The position numbers were made by a program, and so were the translations under genes. This document shows positions 1-13,500 of a DNA stretch of 64,000 bases, piece after piece (the first letter of the stretch is position 1; every line of letters begins with the position of its first letter). Source of the DNA: Eledone cirrhosa (taxonomy: Eukaryota); NCBI GenBank assembly GCA_964016885.1, contig OZ024741.1, positions 170,376,001 to 170,440,000 on the forward strand, written 5' to 3'. The notes beneath the pieces were generated by a model. It did no database searches and had not been told where the DNA came from. It worked only from the letters and a program-made list of their open reading frames with translations.

Positions 1-794
1 AAAGAGTTGACAGGTTTGCTAATAAGGGATGGTATGAAGCTATAACCAGAAGCGGTCTATATGTGACTATATAGTAATGTTTTAGATATAGCATGTTGAT
101 GCCTAAATTATCTATATTCGTCATATTCCTTCATACTATTTCATGATTACGTGGAAAATCTGGTCAATGTTTCAAGTAAGTTGAAGGATTACGTAAAAAG
201 TATTTCGTTACCTAGATGTTTGTAGTTGTTGTTTAACCCCATTGTAAGTAAACATAGAAAGAAAGAGATTTGACCAAGATATGCGTGTCTGTGACCAACA
301 ATCTCTTATTCAAACATATTGCATTTATCTGGTAGAACTATATCATCTAATGTGTGAGATTTGAGGGATATATTACTAGCGTTTCCAACAGATTGAACCA
401 TTATGCAAGGTTTCAACGTGTTGGGTAGTCTTACCGTTTCTATATACAGTATGTCAATTATTAGTACAACAAAAATTACAACGGAAATGGTGCTTTTCGC
501 AAAAACTTTCAACTTCCTAGTAAGATGGGCGTACTTGTGTTCGACAACCATTATCACAGAACTATTCTCCATTTAGATCTTCCAATATTTCGGAGCCTCT
601 ATGAGGCAGCTCAACCTGCAAGCAATAGCAGTCAAATTGCTTCAACGCACAACACACTGTGTTAAATAAAACGGGACACATTAGATAATGTAATCCTGCA
701 TATCCAATATTTGACCACAAAATTGCAATTATTGAAGCTATATCCCCGTACATTTGGAAATACTTTAGGCTGTACTGTTTGTTGTTTATTTCCT

Positions 795-828
<34 letters not shown>

Positions 829-3194
829 GAAAGTAAAAATGCGTCTATGATCGATGATGAAAAGCATTCCAGCCCTGGCGATACTATCTGTTTTTCTCAG
901 ATGAAATGTTTATCTGTTTCTACATTACCCAATGTGTACTTTCTTTTCTGGTAACGATCTGGAGGAGTTTTGGCTACATCTCTTGGTTTCCCTCCTCCGT
1001 TTCTGTAGACTGAATCGACTATATACCCCACTCTAGATGCTGACTTAGTCAAGTGGGAGAGAGTAACGTCCATGACCTTTTCTTAGGGTCACTGAGATTC
1101 ATTATAGGAAGGAATAAAGTTATCTTCAGTCTAGGGACTTTTTCCGAACTTTTGCAACATATTGGACTGTGCTAACAACTATATCATTTTATATACAACT
1201 CAGGAACGTATAGAATGCATCACATCAGCTTTCGCACAGTTTCCGTTCATCTTCCCAGCAGAATCGAACGTATCAACAAGATTTTGAACAGAACTACTTA
1301 ATCATGCAGCTATTTATTTACCCCACTGGCCATGTGAATCTGTAACAAAACTGTATTTAACGTGACGAAGCTACAAAAACAAGCACATTTTGAACAACAT
1401 TGTCCTTCATACATATAAAATATGTATGACTATTTAATAGTTATATCTTAGACTAGAAATAATACGTTTTGGATATTGGAAGCCAACCTCTAAAAAGCAG
1501 AGATTATAAGTAGACACTTACAATAACCTTCTAAAGACAAACAGAAATAAATCTCATTAGTTAATAAGAACTTCCCATAACTTTTGCGAATACTCTCGAA
1601 TATAATTGTATTCTTGTATTCTAATAACTGAAGTAATTTGTGAGTGCTTAAAAATAATATTAAAAAAAACAATGTCATTTACTGGGAATTAGACTGTTTT
1701 AAATATTTAAGATGGACTAATCCCTACATATTAATAATGCGAATTGGCTGTCATTAGACGTCTGATAAAAGGTGTCACGGTATTTATTTTAGTTGTTTAC
1801 CTTCTCAGTGTAATTCCCGAAGCGGTAGAATGGCAGAATTATTGTATCGTCATAAGTATTATACCCAAGTGCTTTGCGACATCTGCTTTGCTTCTGTAGG
1901 TATTGTTTTTCCGGCAAAATGGTCACACGAGATAACTTCTTGTTCTGCCACTAAAACATCAAAGACGCCTACTTTACACACGCTGGCATAAAAGGTATCA
2001 GCAATAAATATAATATTTACAAAAAACTTATTTTAGATGAGATATTGCTGATGAAATTGTCAACTATATTTTCAAGACAACTACAATATTCAACATGAAT
2101 CTAATGTGTACAAATCTTAAGATATAATGTGTTTGAAGTCGTAAGATGACGAATATATTGACGTTTTGAACATTTAATTAATCCAATTTTAAAAAGTATA
2201 TTGTTTTCGCTTACCTAATACCAACTCGAATCTATTTTCATTAATTTGCTTCTGTGTATGTTATGTACGTGTGGGAGGACTAAACAACAACATATAAATA
2301 AGTAGATACGACAAAATAAAAGATAATTCAAATAGAAACCCTCTGAAGTATTTATTTCTGTATGAGTTATGTCCCTTAACGTCAAGGTCGATATCTTTTC
2401 GCCCCTTACGAGAATTTTGTTTTAAATTCTTTGTAATTTTTACATATAAATGAACTAGGAAAATCTGTACGTTGAACAGATATTTCTTATACGATTTTGT
2501 TTCTATTTAATTATGCCACTTTATGACTTCTTTTATGTTTTAAGAAGACGATACAATACGTAGCAGTACAAATATTGGGTTAAATATAATCAACTAAAAA
2601 CACCATCGAATTCGATACTCAGCATAACTGAAATGCAATGTCTAAAACCTACAGTAGAATAAACAGAATACCGTTTGAACAAACATCATTTGACTTTGGA
2701 GAATTATCAAATCGAATGAAATCGAACCGCAGAAAAAAGTTATAATAATCATCAAATGAAATATTATTTTCTTTCAGAACTAACCTTCATGGATCGTTTC
2801 CGAGTTAACCGGGTTACCCCTACTACTCGCTCATGTTAATAAAGTGTGTAGCCAAATCTTCTTTAAATTCCATCCGATAGTCGTAAACGTGAAAGGGTAC
2901 AAAATCATTAGATCATCCGATATAATTAGAGAGTATTCGACCTGGTACTCTGCACGCCGTATTCATATTTCCCCAAGGTAAACATTACCTATCATCATTT
3001 TGAAGTCGATTAATAAACTAATATTTCGATACTGGTGACGATCTTCTCTCCATTTCTATCTTAATTTCTGGAAGAGAGTTTGTTATGCTTTGAGACAGAT
3101 ATACTCCACCGGGATTAAAACGAAGATAACACACTAAATGTCTTGATAGTGCCCCTTCCATTCAGTCAGTAGTTGAGGACCCAAGGCAAGAGAA

Positions 3195-4162
3195 GACCCC
3201 TTCTTCCTCTTTTATCCATAGCTGGCGATTGGGGAAGATTGCACTCTCAACCAATACGCTGCTGTGGGTGGCGTTGGATAATGGACACCACGCTTTTCTA
3301 TCCATGGCTCTGATCTTAGCATGGTCGAGGTCGAGGCTCTGCGATTTCAGGTCTTCCTCGATTTGTTTCGCCCATGTCTTCTTCGGTGCGCTGCGCTAGA
3401 TTCTCCAGTGCACAGGTCGTTGTCGTGACAAAAGTCGGTGTGATAATCTTCCGATGCTAATCTTGCAGACGTGACAAAACCAGAATAGCCTACGTTGCCG
3501 GATTTCTTTTGTTGTTTGAGATTTAGTCACCAAGGATCTGACGAAGACATCACATTTGGAACACCTCGAGCTTTTTCAGGTCTTGTTTGAGGATGATCCA
3601 GCTCTCAGCACTGTAGAGGTGCACATATAGGACCAGAGTGCGGAAAAGACGGATCTAGTCCTCATGGCGCTATTAGGCTTCTTCCAGACACACCATCGAA
3701 GAGATCCAAAGCAGAAGTCACAGACCTTATTCAGCAGTTGATCTCTGCTGATGATGCCACTTTTCTTTTTACCTCTCCGAAGAATTCGCCAACAGGAAAG
3801 GATTGTGATAAGAAGATGTGGTTTAGCCTCTACAGTTCAATGTTATCATTGACAGCATCATGTGGCAAGCTTTTGAAGGCTGAAGTGTTGTACAGTTTGA
3901 CACGAACAAAACCGGCCTCTATTTTCCAATGACAGCACCATTTCACCGACAATGATGCCAAAGCAACAAATATCTTGCAAAATATTGCCCCTTTTGCTCG
4001 GCCTTATGGTCTCATGATCAATGTGGACAAGACAAAAGTTCTAACAATAGCTGGATCGCTGGACATTGTGCATATTGATAGCAATCAGATTGAGCAGGTC
4101 CTGGAGTTCAAATATCGCGGCTCACTAGTTGCAGAGATAAAAGTCGGGTAAACAGCAGAGAT
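3195..4162 (-). mobile_element. Decayed RTE-type LINE fragment with inverted 5' segment
   Basis: The - strand at ~3195-3770 gives an RTE RT C-terminus (AESWIILKQDLKKLEVFQM*CLRQILG...RQRRLFWFCHV...PKKTW). The + strand at ~3780-4162 gives upstream RT (PLQFNVIIDSIM...YGLMINVDKTKVL...IEQVLEFKYRGSLV). Stops and frameshifts present. CAAGAGAA occurs at both flanks (3187, 4163). Confidence 0.8.
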
Positions 4163-6790
4163 CAAGAGAATTCCTCAATACCTTTATAAAAACGCGATGG
4201 ACATGGCTGAAATCCCATTCAATATAAATTTGCTCAATGAAGATTCATTTGTTGTTCTGTAACAACATAGATTTTATTTTTTCTTAAAACGTTTTAAGTG
4301 TGCATTAAAAAATATTGTTTTCATGGAGGAGGGAAGGAACAATCCATGCCTGCTTTCAGATCATCGTTGTCTTTTGGGAATAAATTATCATGAGAATGGA
4401 GATATAGTTTGAAAGATTCCGTTACAAATGTCTTCACTAAAGGTATTCAAGGGCCAGGCGGTATTAAACCGGGTGACGAAATAAATGAACCACACATGAT
4501 GAGGAACAACAAATTCAAAGACAGCGATTCAGTTTACCAAATCTCTATCACGAAGCTTTGATCGTTCCCAAACTATTGTAGAAGATAGTTTTTCAGGGTG
4601 TCCCCTTATGCCATCCATTCCGAAAGCAAAGCGAACCTCTTAACCACACAAACATTCCAACGCCCACAGATACAAATGATATCTGTAGGAAATAGAAGAG
4701 CAAGAAAAGAGTAACTTGTTACACACATTTTCAAATATTTATTCTGAAATCCGTGCGTTTGTATGAAAATCCTAAAAGCTATGATCAACATTTTCCATTT
4801 GCCTCTGTCTACAAATGTTTCTAATCTGCAAGAGACTTTCTCATTCCTTTATTCCGTCAATCATGTTCGAAAAAGCAGCAGAGAGAGTTGCTTTTAGAAT
4901 TTAATCCTGCTTTACTGTTATAATGAATAGTAATCCGAGTGTATCAACTAATTCTCACTGAATGACAGACAATAACATTTCATATCTGGAGAATCAACTG
5001 AAAGGAGATTTGGCGTGATGCTGGTGATGGGTGAGATGATGTGGGAGAAGAAAATATAGAAAAGGAAACTAACAGAGAAGAATAGACTAACATATCGCCA
5101 TATAGAAAAGAAGAGAGATGAATCGATATATAGTTATATAGACACAGACAGTTGCACACATGTATATATATTTGTGTGCGTCCATTATATATGCACTACA
5201 CAGTAAGATAACACAAATTTACGGTAGAGGTCTTTACCAAACACACATTTTAACCCTCGTTGTGAAAATTAGATAATGTGGTTAAAACATTTCATTGTTC
5301 TCTCTGTACAAAGGTGTATAAAAACAGAATAAAACTGTCCGAAAATTATTGAATAGTATATATTAATACAGGCAGCTATAAAGAGATAAATGGAATTTAT
5401 AAAATGGAATAAAATAGCACAAGATTATAAAAATCCATTGACTATTTCGACTGTTTTTTAACACATCGTCAAATATCACTTACTGATTCTTCTGATCATG
5501 GAAAAAATAGCTTGTAAATATTTATAGTTTATATAAACTCAAAAAGGACTGAGTTGATGTGCTTTCATTTTTGTATAACATTTCAAACACTGGTATCGTG
5601 CATTGATTTATTAATAGATGCGTTACACAGCATTTTAAAAAGAAATAAAGTGACTTAGGGTGTGTGTTTGTGCTAAAGGTATATGTTTCGCATCACACTG
5701 AAAAGAAAATACAATATTTAAACAATGTCGTGTCCTCTTTCTGATCAGGGAACTGAGATCAGATTCACTAGCTTCCAACGCGTACCGCTTCATCAAACAT
5801 CGATTACTAAATATATACACCACAGAGAAAATATTATTTTATAGCTATGTGGTCAGAAGAATAAGTAACTGATGCATGGTGAAGTATGTATCACTGTTGT
5901 ATCAACGTTTGCCAGACTCATGCATATAACTATTGTGACTTCTAAGCTCAAATGAATCAACTGATGAAACATAATATTACATGAGAAGCAGATCCGGCGA
6001 AACTTTGATGTCACGGTCGTACTTTCCGTTTCCTCTATGCATTCACACACAGACAAACACTTACATACACACTCAAACACGCACTAAAACACACACTCAC
6101 ATACACACTAAGCCACACACACGAAGTAACATAGCGATAGATAGAGAGATATAGAGAGACACAGAGATACATACATAATCTCACATACAAACGTAGGTAC
6201 ATTTTTATACATACATGCCTGCATAAAAATAAATCTAAGGTCATATTTTGTTCAGTACAAGGAGAGACAAAGTAAATGATAAAAGTATTTTGGCTATTTT
6301 CACGTTCTGTAATGTATAAATTAAATAACACATTCATGAATTAATTAATCCGTATTGCCAGCGCATGCATTTTTATCAAAAACAGAACCCATTTTAGCCA
6401 AGTCATATTTTGTATGCACTATAATACGTTATAATATAATTATGTCTCGTGGGCAGAAGATGACTATGTTTCACCAATGAAGCTTTAGCAAAACCATCAA
6501 CCAGTGAAATTGATCATTTTTCTGTTCAGGAACTGAAATTATTCTGCATGCAACTACTCTGCTTACTGTTCCCAGCTAGCCTAAATTGTATGTATATCAA
6601 GCCAGGTATATCTTATATTTCAAATTTTATATACATATATATATATATATATTAGAAAGTGAGGTTTTTTTTACAAAATGAAAAATAACCGAGGTGTCGT
6701 ACACGAGTGAAAGTATAAAGAAAAAAAGATGAAATCGAAAATGCAACTGGAGTCTTATTTAAAAAAAAAAAAAATATATATATATGGTTC

Positions 6791-6826
6791 CTTTACCGGT
6801 TTCGCAGTTCTTCTGCTTTTCAAAAG
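6791..6826 (-). ncRNA. Minimal type I hammerhead-like motif, U3-A8 core variant
   Basis: - strand reads ctt-TTGAAAA-gcag aagaa ctgc-GAAAC-cg-GTA-aag: 4-bp stem II, palindromic stem III (ACCGGT), only 3-bp stem I. Lies in a ~210-bp island between (TA)n tracts. Confidence 0.5.
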
Positions 6827-6858
6827 TAGAGTTGAGATGGAGGGTCTGTGGTTTTTCT

Positions 6859-6907
<49 letters not shown>

Positions 6908-6909
<2 letters not shown>

Positions 6910-7023
6910 CGAAGGAAATGTGGTAAGGAACCAGGTGGAACATAACGCACCAAAGTACTCAATACTTAGGGTAGTAGAGTGGGTAATAGGAACAAGTAAG
7001 ACCCCGTCGGGGTCTTACTTGTT

Positions 7024-7028
<5 letters not shown>
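6908..7028. mobile_element. Short (TA)n-flanked element ending in a perfect 20-bp hairpin; related to 41446-41620
   Basis: ATAGGAACAAGTAAGACCCC-gtc-GGGGTCTTACTTGTTCCTAT at 6986-7028; first ~80 bp align with 41446-41530. Confidence 0.65.
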
Positions 7029-7092
<64 letters not shown>

Positions 7093-7526
7093 CGACATAC
7101 ATACTGACATATAGCATGCCCACAATCTATCCCTATATATACGTATATATATGTATATATATATACATACGTATATATATACATATATATATATATGAGT
7201 GTGTGTGGGTGTGCATATGCGCGCGTGTGTGTGAGTATCTGTAGATGTGTGTCTGTATGTATGTGTCTGTGTATGTGTGTGTGTAGATGGGTACTAATGG
7301 GTGAGTATAGAGAGGTATGCGCTTATGAATATATTGATATATATGTACACATATGTTTGTCCATACATATGTGTGTTTTGTAAATAATAGTGTGTAGAGT
7401 ACATGGGAAGGGGAATACATTTGTTATTCATGAAACAATAAGTTGAATTATCTCCGAGAATATGCTTTTTATCTGGAGATCTACACACAGAGTATGTGTA
7501 TGTGACATTGGTAGTGGTGCTGATGG

Positions 7527-10500
7527 TTATAGTGATGGTGGGAGTGGAGGAAGTGGTGTGTTCATCGTGGCAGTTATGGTGATTGTGGTGTAGGTGGTTA
7601 TGTTGAAAGGGGCTGTGGTGAAGGTTGTGGTGTCGGTGGTTATGTTGAAAGGGGCTGTGGTGTAGGTTGTGGTGTCGGTGGTTATGTTGAAAGGGGCTGT
7701 GGTCAAGGTTGTGGTGTCGGTGGTTATGTTGAAAGGGGCTGTGGTGTAGGTTGTGGTGTCGGTGGTTATGTTGAAAGGGGCTGTGGTGAAGGTTGTGGTG
7801 TCGGTGGTTATGTTGAAAGGGGCTGTGGTGTAGGTTGTGGTGTCGGTGGTTATGTTGAAAGGGGCTGTGGTCAAGGTTGTGGTATCGGTGGTTATGTTGA
7901 AAGGGGCTGTGGTGTAGGTTGTGGTGTCGGTGGTTATGTTGAAAGGGGCTGTGGTCAAGGTTGTGGTGTCGGTGGTTATGTTGAAAGGGGCTGTGGTGTA
8001 GGTTGTGGTGTAGGTGGTTATGTTGAAAGGGGCTGTGGTGAAGGTTGTGGTGTCGGTGGTTATGTTGAAAGGGGCTGTGGTGAAGGTTGTGGTGTCGGTG
8101 GTTATGTTGAAAGGGGCTGTGGTGTAGGTTGTGGTGTCGGTGGTTATGTTGAAAGGGGCTGTGGTGTAGGTTGTGGTGTAGGTGGTTATGTTGAAAGGGC
8201 CTGTTGTGAAGGTTGTGGTGTCGGTGGTTATGTTGAAAGGGGCTGTGGTGAAGGTTGTGGTGTCGGTGGTTATGTTGAAAGGGGCTGTGGTCAAGGTTGT
8301 GGTGTCGGTGGTTATGTTGAAAGGGGCTGTGGTGAAGGTTGTGGTGTCGGTGGTTATGTTGAAAGGGGCTGTGGTGAAGGTTGTGGTGTCGGTGGTTATG
8401 TTGAAAGGGGCTGTGGTCAAGGTTGTGGTGTCGGTGGTTATGTTGAAAGGGGCTGTGGTGAAGGTTGTGGTGTAGGTGGTTATGTTGAAAGGGGCTGTGT
8501 TCAAGGTTGTGGTGTCGGTGGTTATGTTGAAAGGGGCTGTGGTGAAGGTTGTGGTGTCGGTGGTTATGTTGAAAGGGGCTGTGGTGAAGGTTGTGGTGTC
8601 GGTGGTTATGTTGAAAGGGGCTGTGGTGAAGGTTGTGGTGTCGGTGGTTATGTTGAAAGTGGCTGTGGTGTAGGTTGTGGTGTCGGTGGTTATGTTGAAA
8701 GGGGCTGTGGTCATTGTTGTGGGGTCGGTGGTTAAGTTGAAAGGGGCTGTGGTGTAGGTTGTGGTGTCGGTGGTTATGTTGAAAGGGGCTGTGGTGTAGG
8801 TTGTGGTGTCGGTGGTTATGTTGAAAGGGGCTGTGGTCAAGGTTTTGGTGTCGGTGGTTATGTTGAAAGGGGCTGTGGTGAAGGTTGTGGTGTCGGTGGT
8901 TATGTTGAAAGGGGCTGTGGTGTAGGTTGTGGTGTCGGTGGTTATGTTGAAAGGGGCTGTGGTGAAGGTTGTGGTGTAGGTGGTTATGTTGAAAGGGGCT
9001 GTGATCAAGGTTGTGGTGTCGGTGGTTATGTTGAAAGGGGCTGTGGTGAAGGTTGTGGTGTCGGTGGTTATGTTGAAAGGGGCTGTGGTCAAGGTTGTGG
9101 TGTCGGTGGTTATGTTGAAAGGGGCTGTGGTGTAGGTTGTGGTGTCGGTGGTTATGGTGAAAGGGGCTGTGGTGTAGGTTGTGGTGTCGGTGGTTATGTT
9201 GAAAGGGGCTGTGGAGTAGGTTGTGGTGTAGGTGGTTATGTTGAAAGGGGCTGTGGTGTAGGTTGTGGTGAGGGTGGTTATGTTGAAAGTGGCTGTGGTC
9301 AGGGTTGTGGTGTCGGTGGTAATGTTGAAAGGGGCTGTGGTCAAGGTTGTGGTGTCGGTGGTTATGTTGAAAGGGGCTGTGGTGTAGGTTGTAGTGTAGG
9401 TGGTTATGTTGAAAGTGGCTGTGGTCAGGGTTGTGGTGTCGGTGGTAATGTTGAAACGGGCTGTGGTCAAGGTTGTGGTGTCGGTGGTTATGTTGAAAGG
9501 GGCTGTGGTCAAGGTTTTGGTGTCGGTGGTTATGTTGAAAGGGGCTGTGGTGAAGGTTGTGGTGTCGGTGGTTATGTTGAAAGTGGCTGTGGTGTAGGTT
9601 GTGGTGTAGGTGGTTATGTTGAAAGGGGCTGTGGTGTAGGTTGTGGTGTCGGTGGTTATGTTGAAAGGGGCTGTGGTGAAGGTTGTGGTGTAGGTGGTTA
9701 TGTTGAAAGGGGCTGTGGTGAAGGTTGTGGTGTCGGTTGTTATGTTGAAAGGGGTTGTGGTGAAGGTTGTGGTGTAGGTGGTTATGTTGAAAGGGGCTGT
9801 GGTGAAGGTTGTGGTGTCGGTGGTTATGTTGAAAGGGGCTGTGGTGAAGGTTGTGGTGTCGGTGGTTATGTTGAAAGGGGCTGTGGTGTAGGTTGTGGTG
9901 TCGGTGGTTATGTTGAAAGTGGCTGTGGTGTAGGTTGTGGTGTCGGTGGTTATGTTGAAAGGGGCTGTGGTCAAGGTTGTGGTGTCGGTGGTTATGTTGA
10001 AAGTGGCTGTGGTGAAGGTTGTGGTGTAGGTGGTTATGTTGAAAGGGGCTGTGGTGTAGGTTGTGGTGTAGGTGGTTATGTTGAAAGGGGCTGTGGTGTA
10101 GGTTGTGGTGTCGGTGGTTATGTTGAAAGGGGCTGTGGTGAAGGTTGTGGTGTCGGTGGTTATGTTGAAAGGGGCTGTGGTCAAGGTTGTGGTGTCGGTG
10201 GTTATGTTGAAAGTGGCTGTGGTGTAGGTTGTGGTGTCGGTGGTTATGTTGAAAGGGGCTGTGGTCAAGGTTGTGGTGTAGGTGGTTATGTTGAAAGGGG
10301 CTGTGGTGAAGGTTGTGGTGTCGGTGGTTATGTTGAAAGGGGCTGTGGTCAAGGTTGTGGTGTCGGTGGTTATGTTGAAAGTGGCTGTGGTGAAGGTTGT
10401 GGTGTCGGTGGTTATGTTGAAAGGGGCTGTGGTGAAGGTTGTGGTGTAGGTGGTTATGTTGAAAGGGGCTGTGGTGTAGGTTGTGGTGTCGGTGGTTATG

Positions 10501-13500
10501 TTGAAAGGGGCAGTGGTGAAGGTTGTGGTGTCGGTGGTTATGTTGAAAGGGGCTGTGGTGAAGGTTGTGGTGTCGGTGGTTATGTTGAAAGGGGCTGTGG
10601 TCAAGGTTGTGGTGTCGGTGGTTATGTTGAAAGGGGCTGTGGTGTAGGTTGTGGTGTCGGTGGTTATGTTGAAAGGGGCTGTGGTGTAGGTTGTGGTGTC
10701 GGTGGTTATGTTGAAAGGGGCTGTGGAGTAGGTTGTGGTGTCGGTGGTTATGTTGAAAGGGGCTGTGGTGTAGGTTGTGGTGTCGGTGGTTATGTTGAAA
10801 GGGGCTGTGGAGTAGGTTGTGGTGTAGGTGGTTATGTTGAAAGGGGCTGTGGTGTAGGTTGTGGTGTCGGTGGTTATGTTGAAAGGGGCTGTGGAGTAGG
10901 TTGTGGTGTAGGTGGTTATGTTGAAAGGGGCTGTGGTGTAGGTTGTGGTGTCGGTGGTTATGTTGAAAGGGGCTGTGGAGTAGGTTGTGGTGTAGGTGGT
11001 TATGTTGAAAGTGGCTGTGGTGAAGGTTGTGGTGTCGGTGGTTATGTTGAAAGGGGCTGTGGTCAAGGTTGTGGTGTCGGTGGTTATGTTGAAAGGGGCT
11101 GTGGTGAAGGTTGTGGTGTCGGTGGTTATGTTGAAAGGGGCTGTGGTGTAGGTTGTGGTGTCGGTGGTTATGTTGAAAGGGGCTGTGGTGAAGGTTGTGG
11201 TGTCGGTGGTTATGTTGAAAGTGGCTGTGGTGTAGGTTGTGGTGTGGGTGGTTATGTTGAAAGGGGCTGTGGTGAAGGTTGTGGTGTCGGTGGTTATGTT
11301 GAAAGGGGCTGTGGTGTAGGTTGTGGTGTCGGTGGTTATGTTGAAAAGGGCTGTGGTGAAGGTTGTGGTGTCAGTGGTTATGTTGAAAGGGGCTGTGGTG
11401 TAGGTTGTGGTGTGGGTGGTTATGTTGAAAGGGGCTGTGGTGTAGGTTGTGGTGTCGGTGGTTATGTTGAAAGGGGCTGTGGTGAAGGTTGTGGTGTCGG
11501 TGGTTATGTTGAAAGTGCCTGTGGTGTAGGTTGTGGTGTGGGTGGTTATGTTGAAAAGGGCTGTGGTGTAGGTTGTGGTGTCGGTGGTTATGTTGAAAGG
11601 GGCTGTGGTCAAGGTTGTGGCGTCGGTGGTTATGTTGAAAGGGGCTGTGGTGTAGGTTGTGGTGTCGGTGGTTAGGTTGAAAGGGGCTGTGGTGTAGGTT
11701 GTGGTGTAGGTGGTTATGTTGAAAGTGGCTGTGGTGAAGGTTGTGGTGTCGGTGGTTATGTTAAAAGGGGCTGTGGTCAAGGTTGTGGTGTCGGTGGTTA
11801 TGTTGAAAGGGGCTGTGGTGAAGGTTGTGGTGTCGGTGGTTATGTTGAAAGGGGCTGTGGTGAAGGTTGTGGTGTCGGTGGTTATGTTGAAAGTGGCTGT
11901 GGTGTAGGTTGTGGTGTGGGTGGTTATGTTGAAAGGGGCTGTGGTCAAGGTTGTGGTGTCGGTGGTTATGTTGAAAGTGGCTGTGGTGTAGGTTGTGGTG
12001 TGGGTGGTTATGTTGAAAGGGGCTTTGGTCAAGGTTGTGGTGTAGGTGGTTATGTTGAAAGGGGCTGTGGTGAAGGTTGTGGTGTCGGTGGTTATGTTGA
12101 AAGGGGCTGTGGTGTAGGTTGTGGTGTCGGTGGTTATGTTGAAAGGGGCTGTGGTGTAGGTTGTGGTGTAGGTGGTTATGTTGAAAACGGCTGTGGTGTA
12201 GGTTGTGGTGTCGGTGGTTATGTTGAAAGGGGCTGTGGTGTAGGTTGTGGTGTCGGTGGTTATGTTGAAAGGGGCTGTGGTCAAGGTTGTGGTGTAGGTG
12301 GTTATGTTGAAAGGGGCTGTGGTGTAGGTTGTGGTGTCGGTGGTTATGTTGAAAGGGGCTGTGGTGAAGGTTGTGGTGTCGGTGGTTATGTTGAAAGGGG
12401 CTGTGGTGTAGGTTGTGGTGTCGGTGGTTATGTTGAAAGGGGCTGTGGTCAAGGTTGTGGTGTAGGTGGTTATGTTGAAAGGGGCTGTGGTGTAGGTTGT
12501 GGTGTCGGTGGTTATGTTGAAAGGGGCTGTGGTCAAGGTTGTGGTGTAGGTGGTTATGTTGAAAGGGGCTGTGGTGTAGGTTGTGGTGTCGGTGGTTATG
12601 TTGAAAGGGGCTGTGGTGAAGGTTGTGGTGTCGGTGGTTATGTTGAAAGGGGCTGTGGTGTAGGTTGTTGTGTCGGTGGTTATGTTGAAAGGCGCTGTGG
12701 TCAAGGTTGTGGTGTAGGTGGTTATGTTGAAAGTGCCTGTGGTGTAGGTTGTGGTGTGGGTGGTTATGTTGAAAAGGGCTGTGGTGTAGGTTGTGGTGTC
12801 GGTGGTTATGTTGAAAGGGGCTGTGGTCAAGGTTGTGGCGTCGGTGGTTATGTTGAAAGGGGCTGTGGTGTAGGTTGTGGTGTCGGTGGTTAGGTTGAAA
12901 GGGGCTGTGTTGTAGGTTGTGGTGTAGGTGGTTATGTTGAAAGTGGCTGTGGTGAAGGTTGTGGTGTCGGTGGTTATGTTGAAAGGGGCTGTGGTCAAGG
13001 TTGTGGTGTCGGTGGTTATGTTGAAAGGGGCTGTGGTGAAGGTTGTGGTGTCGGTGGTTATGTTGAAAGGGGCTGTGGTGAAGGTTGTGGTGTCGGTGGT
13101 TATGTTGAAAGTGGCTGTGGTGTAGGTTGTGGTGTGGGTGGTTATGTTGAAAGGGGCTGTGGTCAAGGTTGTGGTGTCGGTGGTTATGTTGAAAGTGGCT
13201 GTGGTGTAGGTTGTGGTGTGGGTGGTTATGTTGAAAGGGGCTGTGGTCAAGGTTGTGGTGTAGGTGGTTATGTTGAAAGGGGCTGTGGTGAAGGTTGTGG
13301 TGTCGGTGGTTATGTTGAAAGGGGCTGTGGTGTAGGTTGTGGTGTCGGTGGTTATGTTGAAAGGGGCTGTGGTGTAGGTTGTGGTGTAGGTGGTTATGTT
13401 GAAAGGGGCTGTGGTGTAGGTTGTGGTGTCGGTGGTTATGTTGAAAGGGGCTGTGGTGTAGGTTGTGGTGTCGGTGGTTATGTTGAAAGGGGCTGTGGTC

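Noticed and set aside
306-867. Short ORFs at the window start
   Set aside because: No domain signal; one spans a (GA)n tract.
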